A DNA stretch of 64,000 nt from Bifidobacteriaceae bacterium (GTDB lineage Bacteria; Actinomycetota; Actinomycetes; Actinomycetales; WQXJ01), in assembly GCA_031281585.1 (NCBI GenBank), contig JAITFE010000060.1:26782-90781 (forward strand). The letters are read 5' to 3'. Below, piece by piece: positions 25,576-34,085 of this stretch. How positions within the stretch are numbered: the first letter of the stretch is position 1; every line of letters begins with the position of its first letter. The notes beneath the pieces are model-generated. The model was given only the letters and a program-made list of their open reading frames with translations, had not been told where the DNA came from and searched no databases. The translations under genes were made by a program, and so were the position numbers.

Positions 25576-27111
25576 CTACAACCGCTCGCTTTGGCCACGC
25601 CGTTCAAGGCTCTCAACGAGTTGCTTGACCTCCTGGGCCCGCGAAAGGGACGTGACCAGGACGGCATCGGGCGTGTCGACAACCACAACGCCGGGCACTC
25701 CGAGTAAGGCGACCAACCGACCCCCGGCGGCGAGGGCGAGGGCACCGGGCGAGTCCTCGACCACGGGAGCGGGGCTCCCGTTCAGGACCAACTGCCGCGC
25801 GGGCGGCCCGCACACGGGGGCCGCGGCCCTTCCCCCAATCGCCTCGTCCTCCGGGCCGCGCCCGACCCGGCCGACAACCCCGGCCACTTCGCCTTCTCCG
25901 GCCACTTCGCCTTTCCCGGCCGCATCCTCTCCCTCGGCGACCCGGCCGCGCCCGACCCGGCCGACAACCCCGGCCACTTCGCCTTCCCCGGCCACTTCGC
26001 CTTTCCCGGCCGCAGCCTCTTTCCCGGCGACCCCGGCCACCCGGCCGCGCCCGGCCCCGCCGACAACCCCGGCCACGTCACCTTTCCCGGCGGCCCTGGC
26101 CACATCGCCTTCCCCGGCCATCCGGCCGCGCCCGACCGGAGCCGTCCCGGCGTCCGAACTGCCGCCGCTGATTATCTGCGGCGGGACCTCGCCTCGGGCT
26201 CCGGCTAGGCTGCCGGGTCTACCCGCCCCAACCGGTTCGGCCAACTCGGCGAGCGAGCCGAAGTCACCGATGTCGCTCCAGACGAAGTCGCCGGGCACGG
26301 TGGCCAAGCCGCCCTCGGCCGCCACCGGCTCGGCTATGGCATGGTCGAAAGCGATCCGTTGGAGCCTCGGCCAGACCTTGGCGGCGACCTCGTCGCGCGG
26401 TCCTCCGTCCCAGGCGTCCGCCAGTTGCCCAATCCCATCGGCCAGCGCGGGGTGCAATAGTTCTAGCTGGTCAAGCAGCAGGTTCACCTTGAACACGAAC
26501 ATGCCCGCATTCCAGCGGTAGCCGCCTGCCGCCAAATACTCTGCGGCGGTCGCCTTGTCGGGCTTCTCCTTGAAGGCCGCCACCAACGCGACTTCGGGCA
26601 CCTCGACCAGTCCCAGGGAGGGCCCGGATTTGATGTACCCGTAGGCGGTCGACGGCCCTGAGGGCACAATCCCGATGGTGGCGATGAAGCCCTCCTGGGC
26701 GGCCAGGTAGGCGGCCTCGACCGCTGCGGCGAAACCCTTCTGACCGTGGATGATGTGGTCGGCAGCGAAGGAGCCCAGGACCACGTCGCCGTGACGCCGC
26801 TGGGTGACGGCGGCGGCGAGGGCGATCGCGGGCATTGAGTCGCGCGGACCGGGCTCCACGATCAGATTGGCGGGGTTCAGCCGGTCAAGTTGCGTGGTCA
26901 CTGCGGCCGCGTGGGCCGCCCCGGTGACCACTTCGATGTGCCCGGCCCCGGCCAGCGGCTCGAGGCGGTCCCAGGCTTGTTGGATCAGGGTCCGGCCTTC
27001 GCCGGAAAGGTCGAGGAGGAACTTCGGGTGGGCTTGACGCGACAGCGGCCAGAGCCGTTTCCCCGCCCCGCCGGCGGGGATGGCCGCAAAGAATTCCGGC
27101 AACGGGTTCAC
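25576..27111 (-). CDS. manC: Mannose-1-phosphate guanylyltransferase with a repeat-encoded internal insertion
   Basis: It has the NTP-transferase N-terminus FAAIPAGGAGKRLWPLSRQAHPKFLLDL and a conserved C-terminal end ...VVVVDTPDAVLVTSLSRAQEVKQLV. I place the start at the GTG at 27111. That start forms GTGA with the upstream stop, and the ORF-track start at 27216 would overlap the upstream gene by 109 nt. An insertion of roughly 100 aa, rich in Gly, Val, Ala and Glu, is encoded by the repeats at 25853-26140. Confidence 0.8.
   Translation of the reverse strand: MNPLPEFFAAIPAGGAGKRLWPLSRQAHPKFLLDLSGEGRTLIQQAWDRLEPLAGAGHIEVVTGAAHAAAVTTQLDRLNPANLIVEPGPRDSMPAIALAAAVTQRRHGDVVLGSFAADHIIHGQKGFAAAVEAAYLAAQEGFIATIGIVPSGPSTAYGYIKSGPSLGLVEVPEVALVAAFKEKPDKATAAEYLAAGGYRWNAGMFVFKVNLLLDQLELLHPALADGIGQLADAWDGGPRDEVAAKVWPRLQRIAFDHAIAEPVAAEGGLATVPGDFVWSDIGDFGSLAELAEPVGAGRPGSLAGARGEVPPQIISGGSSDAGTAPVGRGRMAGEGDVARAAGKGDVAGVVGGAGRGRVAGVAGKEAAAGKGEVAGEGEVAGVVGRVGRGRVAEGEDAAGKGEVAGEGEVAGVVGRVGRGPEDEAIGGRAAAPVCGPPARQLVLNGSPAPVVEDSPGALALAAGGRLVALLGVPGVVVVDTPDAVLVTSLSRAQEVKQLVESLERRGQSERL
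25853..26140. repeat. In-frame tandem repeat inside manC (units of 90, 99 and 81 bp, about 3.2 copies)
   Basis: GGCCGCGCCCGACCCGGCCGACAACCCCGGCCACTTCGCC... recurs at about 25853, 25943, 26043 and 26123. All periods are multiples of 3. On the coding strand it gives GKGEVAGEGEVAGVVGRVGRGRVAEGEDAA-type repeats. Confidence 0.85.
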
Positions 27112-27695
27112 TTCGACTCCTCGGGACCGGACTCGGCCGACGCCTGCCCGCGGCCGGAGGGGGCCAGGGGGAAGCGGCGGAGGGGCTGCCAAACGGCATC
27201 GGGCTGGAGGAGACACACCTCAAGCGCGTCAACCGCGAATCCCTCGTCGAGGTCGCCGATCGCGTTTTCGGCTTGGTCAAGCACCGCGTCCGTGGCGTCC
27301 TGAGCGACCGTGACGTGGGGCTCGTAGGGGAACCGGCCTTCCGGGTGTCCAATGGCCTCGCGGACTTGGGACTCGAGGGCGGCACAGGCGCCCGCACCTT
27401 CAACCAGTTTGGCGAACACCACCGGTGTGACCGGCCGGAAGGTGCCAGCTCCCCGCAACCGCACGTTGAACGGCCCGCATTGCCCGATTCGGGTTTCGAT
27501 TCGGTCCAACATGGCAGGCAGGGCGGATCGGCTTACTGCGGTCGGGGGAATGACGGTGATGTGGGGCGGGAAGGCTTCCGCTTGCGGGTCGCCGCAGGCG
27601 CGACGGACCTGCAGCAAACGCTCGCGCAGGGGTGAGGGCACCACCAGGGAGGCGCCAACGCAGACTTGGTCCGGACCGAGAAGGGGAAACCTCAT
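27108..27695 (-). CDS. 2H phosphoesterase / 2'-5' RNA ligase (LigT)-like protein
   Basis: 195-aa ORF with the two H-x-T-x motifs of the 2H superfamily (HITVIPP and HVTVAQD). Its stop overlaps the manC start. Confidence 0.7.
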   Translation of the reverse strand: MRFPLLGPDQVCVGASLVVPSPLRERLLQVRRACGDPQAEAFPPHITVIPPTAVSRSALPAMLDRIETRIGQCGPFNVRLRGAGTFRPVTPVVFAKLVEGAGACAALESQVREAIGHPEGRFPYEPHVTVAQDATDAVLDQAENAIGDLDEGFAVDALEVCLLQPDAVWQPLRRFPLAPSGRGQASAESGPEESK

Positions 27696-27877
27696 TCAGG
27701 CGTCCTCGCCTGCGCGGCACCACTGACCGGCCCCACTGCCTGAAGCCACTGACCGGCACCACTCCCTGTTGCGCGCGGCATCCCTCGCCACAGCGCTTTT
27801 CGGGCGCCACCCGCGCCGATGAAGCTGGCGATCCGCCACCAGACCGGCACGGCAACGGCGGCCGCCCCCATCGCAGG

Positions 27878-28906
27878 TCACGGAGCCTCCCCGGCAGGAC
27901 CCAATCCGAAACGCCCAGCCATCCGCTGGTAGACAACCTCGGCAATGGCCTCCGCCCGCCTGGCGCCTTCGGCGAGGACGAGGTCGAGCTGGCCCGGATC
28001 GCTGAGGTAGAGGCCGGTCCGTTCCCGGAAGGGACGCAGCGCCTCCACCACCACTTCGGCGAGATCCACTTTGAGGTGGCCGTAGAGCTTGCCCTCGTAT
28101 TCACGGACGATTTCCTCAACGGCTTTGCCGGTCAAGGCCGAATAGATGCTGAGCAGGTTGGCAACTCCAGGCTTGTTTGCGGGATCCCATGCGACCTCTG
28201 AGCCTGAGTCGGTCACCGCCGACTTGATCCGCTTGGTGATGACCTTCGGGTCGTCAAGGAGCTCAATGATCCCGGCCGGGTGGCCGGTTTTCGACATTTT
28301 CGCGTTGGGCTCTTGGAGGTCGAAAATCTTGGCGGTCGCCTTTACGATCAGCGGTTCTGGGATGACCGCGGTGCCTTCGCCAAACCTGGAGTTGAGGCGG
28401 GCAGCCAGGGTCCGCGAGAGTTCGAGGTGTTGGCGCTGATCCTCGCCGACGGGCACCAGTTCGGCGTCATACAGGAGGATATCCGCGGCCATGAGCACGG
28501 GGTAGTCGAACAGCCCGACGGTGATCGACTTGTCGCCGAGTTTGGCGGACTTGTCCTTGAATTGGGTCATGCGGCCGGCCTCGCCGAATCCAGTCAGGCA
28601 ATTCAGGAGCCAGGTCAGCTGGGCGTGCTGAGCCACCTGGGACTGAACAAACAAGATGGAGCGCTCGGGGTCAACTCCAGCGGCCAGGAACTGGGCGGCG
28701 GTGGCCCGCACCCGCTCGCGAAGGGCGGCCGGGTCGGGCCCGACGGTCAGTGCGTGAAGGTCCACCACCGAATAGATGCAGTCGTAGGAGTCCTGCAATT
28801 CGACCCACTGCTTGAGCGCCCCCAGGTAGTTGCCGAGGTGAAGCGAATCGGCGGTCGGCTGGATACCCGAGAAGGCGCGTGGTCTAGGCGTTGGCACGGT
28901 GAACAT
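27878..28906 (-). CDS. trpS: Tryptophan--tRNA ligase
   Basis: It carries class I signatures ([18 protein letters not shown] and KMSKT). The ATG at 28906 is preceded by a strong AAGGAGG 7 nt upstream. The ORF-track start at 29089 would translate the tandem repeat and I reject it. Confidence 0.92.
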   Translation of the reverse strand: MFTVPTPRPRAFSGIQPTADSLHLGNYLGALKQWVELQDSYDCIYSVVDLHALTVGPDPAALRERVRATAAQFLAAGVDPERSILFVQSQVAQHAQLTWLLNCLTGFGEAGRMTQFKDKSAKLGDKSITVGLFDYPVLMAADILLYDAELVPVGEDQRQHLELSRTLAARLNSRFGEGTAVIPEPLIVKATAKIFDLQEPNAKMSKTGHPAGIIELLDDPKVITKRIKSAVTDSGSEVAWDPANKPGVANLLSIYSALTGKAVEEIVREYEGKLYGHLKVDLAEVVVEALRPFRERTGLYLSDPGQLDLVLAEGARRAEAIAEVVYQRMAGRFGLGPAGEAP

Positions 28907-28943
28907 TCTGGCATCCTCCTTCTCGGCAGCCCAATCGGGTATT

Positions 28944-29073
28944 CGCCACCCGACCCGAGAACACCGCCGGACCCGAGGCCGCCACCCGACCCGAGAGCAC
29001 CGCCGGACCCGAGGCCACCGCCCGACCCGAGAACCCCGCCGGACCCGAGGCCACCGCCCGACCCGAAGGCACC
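28944..29073. repeat. Tandem repeat, 36-bp unit with 18-bp sub-period, about 3.6 copies, G-rich on the trpS sense strand
   Basis: CGCCACCCGACCCGAGAACACCGCCGGACCCGAGGC occurs about 3.6 times, beginning 38 nt upstream of the trpS ATG and ending 23 nt from the stop of the DUF222/HNH gene. Confidence 0.9.
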
Positions 29074-29095
29074 ATCCGCCCAAGAACAAGCTGCG

Positions 29096-31204
29096 TCACC
29101 GAGCCCCAGCCCCCGCCGTGGCAATCGCAGCCTCCGTTGCGGTCGCGGTCACCGGGGCGGAGTTCTCCCGCGCCCTCGGCCCCTGATCGGGGGTTTCCCG
29201 CAGCCGGGAATTGCGCGCTCCCTTGGCAATTGCCCCCGACGCCTCAAGTCTGATCCGGATCCGGTCGTTCAGCATCGGTTTTCGTTCCGAGTCGACTCTG
29301 TCCGGCGGTATGACCACCGGGTGGTGGTGGACCGGGTCTATCTCCGCCCGCCACCTGGTCGGGTCGTCGCAGCCCGGAAACCATGGGGAACCGTCGGGGA
29401 GCTTGATAGCAGGCTCCAAGATCCGGTGGTGCCGGTGGCAAACCGACACGAGATTAGTCAAACTGGTGTTCCCTCCCAGCACCCATTTTCGGAGGTGGTG
29501 CGCTTCGCACCCTTCCGGACCCATTCCACAGCCGGGGAAAATGCAACCGCCATCCCTTTGGCTCAGCGCGGTCCGGATAGCGGGCGGGATTCCCCTGGTT
29601 GTCCGCCCCACGTCCAGCGGCTCTCCGAATGACCCGACCAGCACCCCGATCCACTCGGCGCCGCACAACAACTGGTTCAAAGCTTCGGGCGCTAATTCCT
29701 CACCGGTCTCCTCCAGCACCCCAGTCGGGGCCGGGGAACCGACCTGATCTTTGGTCATGGTGACAACGACTCTGGCCGGCCTGCCCGCCTTCAGCGGCGC
29801 GCCGCCCTCCGGGTAGGAGTCGGTTACGGCGACCAGTGCGTCCATCAGCGACGCCCCGAACGGCTCCGGCCCCTCCGCGCCCCCGGCTGTTGGGTCCCAC
29901 AACCCGCCTGCGGCGTTGTCCCTGGAACCGCCGTTGCGGGGGTCGGTGCGTTCCCGGCGGGCGGCGAGCGCGGCGCCTTCCAAACGTCTCTTGATCCGGA
30001 TGCCTTCCTCCACAGGGCAGCGGCCGTTGATGACCATGGCCTGCCCGTCCCGCCGGAACGACAAGAACCGTTCTTTGTGAGCCTTCTCTCGGTCCAGGTT
30101 CAGCCGGTCCCGCCGACCGCCACCAACTCCGGCTTGCCGGCGGGCGCTGTCTACCAGTTTGCGGGCCTTCGCGGCCAACGCTCTGGCCCCCAACCTGGCG
30201 GCCTCATCCACCAACTCCGCCTCCGCCTCCCGAAGAGCTCTGTCGCCCAGCACGTCCGTCGGGAAGTCCCTCAGCTCCTTCGCCACCGCCCCGGCCTGGG
30301 CTGGGGCCATCACGCCCGTCTCTGCTGCCCGCCTGACCACGTCGAACGGCCTCCAAGCCCGCCCCTGCTCCAGCAGCCGCTTCGCCTGAGCCGCCGGAAT
30401 GCTGCTGGCCAACTTCAGATGCGACTCCACGTCCAGGCCTTCGGCCTTCGCCGCCGCGCCCTTGCGCTGCGCCTCCTCCGCCACCACCGAAGCCAACGAT
30501 TCCGCTTGGTTCCCGATCCGCGCCAACAAATCCAAGCAACCCAACAACCGGCCCGCGTCCAACCCAGAACGGTTCTTGCCGGCGAAACGGATCAGGCCTG
30601 CCACCGACATGGTCAAATCGGGATCCACCAGACCCGGATCCGTCGCACCGAGGGCGTCGGAAACGGCACCCAACCAGTCCGCCGCTTCAAATCCCGCCAC
30701 CGGGGTAACGCCAGCGGCGACTGCCGCCACCCCGCTCACGGCCGCGGCCGCGCCCGCCGACCCGCCCCAAGCGCCGAATGCCGGAAGCGCCTCGCCCCCG
30801 CCGCCGGCGCCAACGCCACCCGCCACACGAGAGTTCTGGTGGCAAGCCTCGGCGGCACCCCGACCGCCAACCGAGCGACTCCCGGCCACCCCAACCGCAC
30901 CAGCACAATCCGCCGCCTCGAGGCTCTCGCGCAACCCCTCAGCCCCGCCCCTGCCGCCCACTGAGCGACTCCCCACCCCGCCAACCGCGCCAGCACGATC
31001 CGCCGCGCCGAAGCCCTCGGCCCCGCCCCGGCTGCCAACCGGGCAGCTCCCCGACGCGCCAACCCCGCCACCAAAGGCCGCCGCACTGAAACTCTCGCGC
31101 AAGGCCTCGCCGCCAGCCAGTCCCACCGGGCCCGCCAAAGGCAGGGCCGCAGCCGTCACCGCGCCCACGAGAACGCCCCGCAAACGGCCGCCAAGACGCA
31201 GCAC
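29096..31204 (-). CDS. DUF222-type HNH endonuclease ('13E12 repeat'-like family)
   Basis: The C-terminal HNH motif is GGCIFPGCGMGPEGCEAHHLRKWVLGGNTSLTNLVSVCHRHHRILE, and the preceding region is DUF222-like. The N-terminal roughly 200 aa of the ORF are repeat-encoded, so the true start is uncertain (for example the ATG at 30610). Confidence 0.75.
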   Translation of the reverse strand: MLRLGGRLRGVLVGAVTAAALPLAGPVGLAGGEALRESFSAAAFGGGVGASGSCPVGSRGGAEGFGAADRAGAVGGVGSRSVGGRGGAEGLRESLEAADCAGAVGVAGSRSVGGRGAAEACHQNSRVAGGVGAGGGGEALPAFGAWGGSAGAAAAVSGVAAVAAGVTPVAGFEAADWLGAVSDALGATDPGLVDPDLTMSVAGLIRFAGKNRSGLDAGRLLGCLDLLARIGNQAESLASVVAEEAQRKGAAAKAEGLDVESHLKLASSIPAAQAKRLLEQGRAWRPFDVVRRAAETGVMAPAQAGAVAKELRDFPTDVLGDRALREAEAELVDEAARLGARALAAKARKLVDSARRQAGVGGGRRDRLNLDREKAHKERFLSFRRDGQAMVINGRCPVEEGIRIKRRLEGAALAARRERTDPRNGGSRDNAAGGLWDPTAGGAEGPEPFGASLMDALVAVTDSYPEGGAPLKAGRPARVVVTMTKDQVGSPAPTGVLEETGEELAPEALNQLLCGAEWIGVLVGSFGEPLDVGRTTRGIPPAIRTALSQRDGGCIFPGCGMGPEGCEAHHLRKWVLGGNTSLTNLVSVCHRHHRILEPAIKLPDGSPWFPGCDDPTRWRAEIDPVHHHPVVIPPDRVDSERKPMLNDRIRIRLEASGAIAKGARNSRLRETPDQGPRARENSAPVTATATEAAIATAGAGAR
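30780..31110. repeat. Tandem repeat, roughly 80-105-bp units, about 3 copies, in the 5' part of the DUF222/HNH ORF
   Basis: CCAACCGAGCGACTCCC..CC..CCAACCGC.CCAGCAC.ATCCGCCGC... recurs three times. On the minus strand it translates to GGRGGAEGLRESLEAADCAGAVG-type repeats. Confidence 0.7.
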
Positions 31205-31416
31205 TCGGCTTCCTCAAGCCAACCTTGAGACCTGCTAACAAGCCGCATGCTCATACACATATATTACTCCCACGCAGCCTCGGCGTCAATACTCCGAACC
31301 AAGAAACCCGGCCCGAAAAGGAGACCCTTCCGAGCCCTCCCGCAGCACGGCCCGAGGAGGGGCCAAAGGGTGACCAGACGGCATCGGCGGACATGTCAAC
31401 AACCTAAACCAAACCT

Positions 31417-31668
31417 CTGACAACGAAATGACCAGCCAAAACGCCCCACAACGGAAGCGTCGACGCACGCCACGACCAACCGCACGCCCACCCGCCCCAA
31501 GGCCCGCCACACAGTTTGATGCCGACCGGGCGCACAATCCCGACGCGCGGCCTGCCCCACCGCCGCACCAACGAGGAGGCGGCTCCATGAGGGAACCAAA
31601 GCACGCCGACGGCCACGGCAGCCAACCTATTCCCCAGGTCTGACAACGAAATGACCAGCCAAAACGCC
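31417..31668. repeat. Pair of direct repeats (30-bp perfect core, about 45 bp with flanks) 222 bp apart
   Basis: TCTGACAACGAAATGACCAGCCAAAACGCC occurs at about 31417 and about 31639, and the flanks CAACCTA... are partly shared. A (GGCAAGCCC)x3 microsatellite follows at about 31719-31750. Confidence 0.7.
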
Positions 31669-31897
31669 GCGCCACAGGGTCCCGCGAGTCAGGCGGCGAC
31701 GCCTCCAAACAGCCCGGCAAGCCCGGCAAGCCCGGCAAGCCCGGCCAGCGCGGCGCGAACCGGCCCAGGGGGCACAAGGGCACAGGGGCTAGACGGGGCC
31801 AGTTGCCCCGCTCGGCTCCAAAGCCAGGGAGGCTTGTGCAGCCGATGCAGGAGCTAGACGGGCCAGCTGCCCCGCCCAGCGCCTGATCAGAGCCCGT

Positions 31898-32695
31898 TCA
31901 GCGCTCGTCGGCGGTCAGTTCAAGCACCCCGCGAACCAGCATCAGGCCGCAGCCCGCCAGCATCCCGACCATGGTGACCGCCATCGCGGCAAGCCAAGGC
32001 CCCGTCAACGCGATGACCAGCCCCAGCACTCCAGAGCAGACGAGCACAGCCACGCCGGCCCAATACAACCCCGCCCAGTACAGCCCGGATGAATGCCGCC
32101 CCGCCCAACGGAGCCCAGCCGACCCCGCCTGGGCGAACCGCCAGTCGTACCCCCGCCGCCTCAGGAAAGCCCCGCTCCCCAGGGCGCCGCAGACCACCGC
32201 CCAAGCGGCGCCCGCCGCCATCCAGTTCCCCATGGGGACGGAACGCCCCGCGAACTCGCGCAGCAGGCCCACGTGCATGGCGGACAGCAGCGGCGCGAGC
32301 CCGATCAGCGCCCAACTCATTGCGCGCGGCCCACGCGGGCCGCCGGTCAGGAACGACCGCGCGGAGCCCTCCGCGCCGCCGCCCACCGCCACCACCACGC
32401 AGAACACTACGACCAGCGACAAGAGCAGCACCGGCAACACCGAGACCATGACCGCCTTCGGCACAACAGTGGCGCCGTGGCCCGCCGCCGCCGCACGCGT
32501 CACGATCCGGGTCGGCAAGGTCCCCCATTGAACAACCGACTGCCACACCATGAAGCCGAACCCGGCCACCGCCACGACCAGCCCGGGCACCAAGCCCCGC
32601 AAGCGGTCCGCCGCTCCGCTCACCGCGCGCCCCCAAATGGCGCCCCGGCCGTCCGTTCCCGCAGGCGCGAGCCATCGCACACGCAGCCCCTTCAT
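31898..32695 (-). CDS. Hypothetical polytopic membrane protein
   Basis: From MKGLRVRW... onward (start 32695) the product has about 6 hydrophobic helices (for example LVVAVAGFGFMVW, VLPVLLLSLVVVFCVVVAV, WALIGLAPLLSAM, VAVLVCSGVLGLVIAL). The part of the ORF upstream of that start is repeat or low-complexity sequence. Confidence 0.45.
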   Translation of the reverse strand: MKGLRVRWLAPAGTDGRGAIWGRAVSGAADRLRGLVPGLVVAVAGFGFMVWQSVVQWGTLPTRIVTRAAAAGHGATVVPKAVMVSVLPVLLLSLVVVFCVVVAVGGGAEGSARSFLTGGPRGPRAMSWALIGLAPLLSAMHVGLLREFAGRSVPMGNWMAAGAAWAVVCGALGSGAFLRRRGYDWRFAQAGSAGLRWAGRHSSGLYWAGLYWAGVAVLVCSGVLGLVIALTGPWLAAMAVTMVGMLAGCGLMLVRGVLELTADER

Positions 32696-32799
32696 CGAAT
32701 CCCCCGTTTCCGCTAGAGCTGGCACGTCCCCCGACTTGTGGCTTGGAACGTCCCGCCAGTCTACGCAAGCTACCTGCCCACGGCCGCGCGCCGGCCCGC

Positions 32800-33110
32800 T
32801 TTCCCGCCAGCCGACGCGGGCGACGTCGCCGGCCCCAACGCGACAACCACCGCCGATGCCGACCCCCAACACCCGCACCAACTCGCCAACCGGTCGCCGC
32901 CGACCCGCATTTGCAACCCGCCGATACCGACCGGCCCGAACGGTCCAGCCCCCGCGCCCGACCGCCACCCACAACCGGCCTCCCGCCGATGCCGACACCC
33001 CGACACCCGCGCCAACTCGCCAACCAGCCGCCCCCGACCCGCATTTGCCGTCCGCCGATGCCGACCCGCCCGCCCCCGCTTCCCAGGCCACCTCCAGCCG
33101 GGCAGGCCCC
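32800..33110. repeat. Tandem repeat, about 133-bp unit made of two roughly 68-bp half-units, about 2.3 copies
   Basis: CACCGCCGATGCCGACCCCCAACACCCGCACCAACTCGCCAACC...GACCCGCATTTGC recurs, with CGCCGATGCCG or CGCCGATACCG cores at about 32851, 32921, 32984 and 33053. Confidence 0.7.
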
Positions 33111-33242
33111 GGATTGGGCTTCTCGCAAGGCAGTCGGTGCCCTACCCCGTGCCCGGTGGAACCACGCCGCGACGGTATCGGACCACAGGCCGCGCGGTTC
33201 CCCAATGTGCGATTTTGGTGGGTTCTGTGTTATCCTGTGCGA

Positions 33243-34076
33243 GTGAGCGCATTGTTGGCCGCGCAGCGCCAGACTCGCATTCTGGACCGGCTGCGGGCCG
33301 CCGGGGCGGTCAGGGTGGCGGATCTCACCTCCGAACTGGGCGTCAGCGAGATGACGGTCCGGCGGGACATCGACCAACTGGCGGCCTGGGGGCTGTGCCG
33401 CAAGGTCCACGGCGGCGCCTGCCTGAACGCCAGCACCTCGGAGGAGCCGGGCTTCGCGGCCAAATCGGGCGCCAATTTGGAGGCGAAACGGGCGATCGGG
33501 CGCGCGGCGGCGGCGCTTGTGCGCCCGGGCCAGGCGGTCGGCATCGGCGGCGGCACCACCACCTACTGGGTGGCTGTCGAACTGGCCCGGCGGCCGGACA
33601 TAGGCCAGATCACGGTGGTGACCAACTCGCTCCCGGCGGCTGAGGCGCTGGATGACGCCACCCCCGAAGCCCTCCTGGCCACACGCGGCGCCGCCAGGCC
33701 CGAAGCCGGGACCGCCGGCGGCCAGGTCATCCTGACCGGCGGGGTCCGCACACCCTCGCAGGCGCTGGTCGGCCCCATCGCGGACCTCAGCCTCAGCCAG
33801 CTACGCCTCGACTGGCTCTTCCTGGGCGTCCACGGGCTAGACCCCGAGGCGGGCCTGACCACCCCCAACCTGGCCGAGGCCGCGACGGACCGCGCCTTCA
33901 TGAAAGCGGCCCGTGCGACCGTGGTCACAGCGGACGCCTCCAAATGGGACGCCACCGCGCTGGCCCAGATCGCGCCGCTGGCGCGGATCACCCACCTAGT
34001 CACCGACGCCACCCCAGGGCGAGAAGCCGCCACAGCCGTCAAGCGGCACCACATTGACCTGACCATTGCGACTTGA
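33243..34076 (+). CDS. DeoR/GlpR-family transcriptional regulator (likely galactose operon regulator)
   Basis: It has an N-terminal HTH (RQTRILDRLRAAGAVRVADLTSELGVSEMTVRRDIDQL) and a DeoR C-terminal sugar-binding domain. I place the start at the GTG at 33243, with an alternative GTG at 33237. The ORF-track start at 32550 reads through the repeat array. Confidence 0.85.
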   Translation: MSALLAAQRQTRILDRLRAAGAVRVADLTSELGVSEMTVRRDIDQLAAWGLCRKVHGGACLNASTSEEPGFAAKSGANLEAKRAIGRAAAALVRPGQAVGIGGGTTTYWVAVELARRPDIGQITVVTNSLPAAEALDDATPEALLATRGAARPEAGTAGGQVILTGGVRTPSQALVGPIADLSLSQLRLDWLFLGVHGLDPEAGLTTPNLAEAATDRAFMKAARATVVTADASKWDATALAQIAPLARITHLVTDATPGREAATAVKRHHIDLTIAT

Positions 34077-34085
34077 AAGACAACC

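Noticed and set aside
27112-27216. The upstream extension of the manC ORF (MSPPARCRLAAPPPLPPG...).
   Set aside because: It would overlap the LigT-like gene by 109 nt. The GTG at 27111 gives a classic GTGA stop/start overlap, and homology begins right after it.
28907-29089. An N-terminal 61-aa extension of the trpS ORF ([10 protein letters not shown] repeats).
   Set aside because: It is a translation of the 36-bp tandem repeat. A strong AAGGAGG RBS precedes the internal ATG at 28906, and the TrpS homology starts there.
32550-33242. The upstream 231 codons of the 508-aa ORF containing the DeoR regulator, and the upstream 170 codons (32696..33205, minus strand) of the membrane-protein ORF.
   Set aside because: Both read through the 32800-33110 repeat array and give Pro/Arg/Thr low-complexity sequence. 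The regulator HTH begins right after the GTG at 33243.
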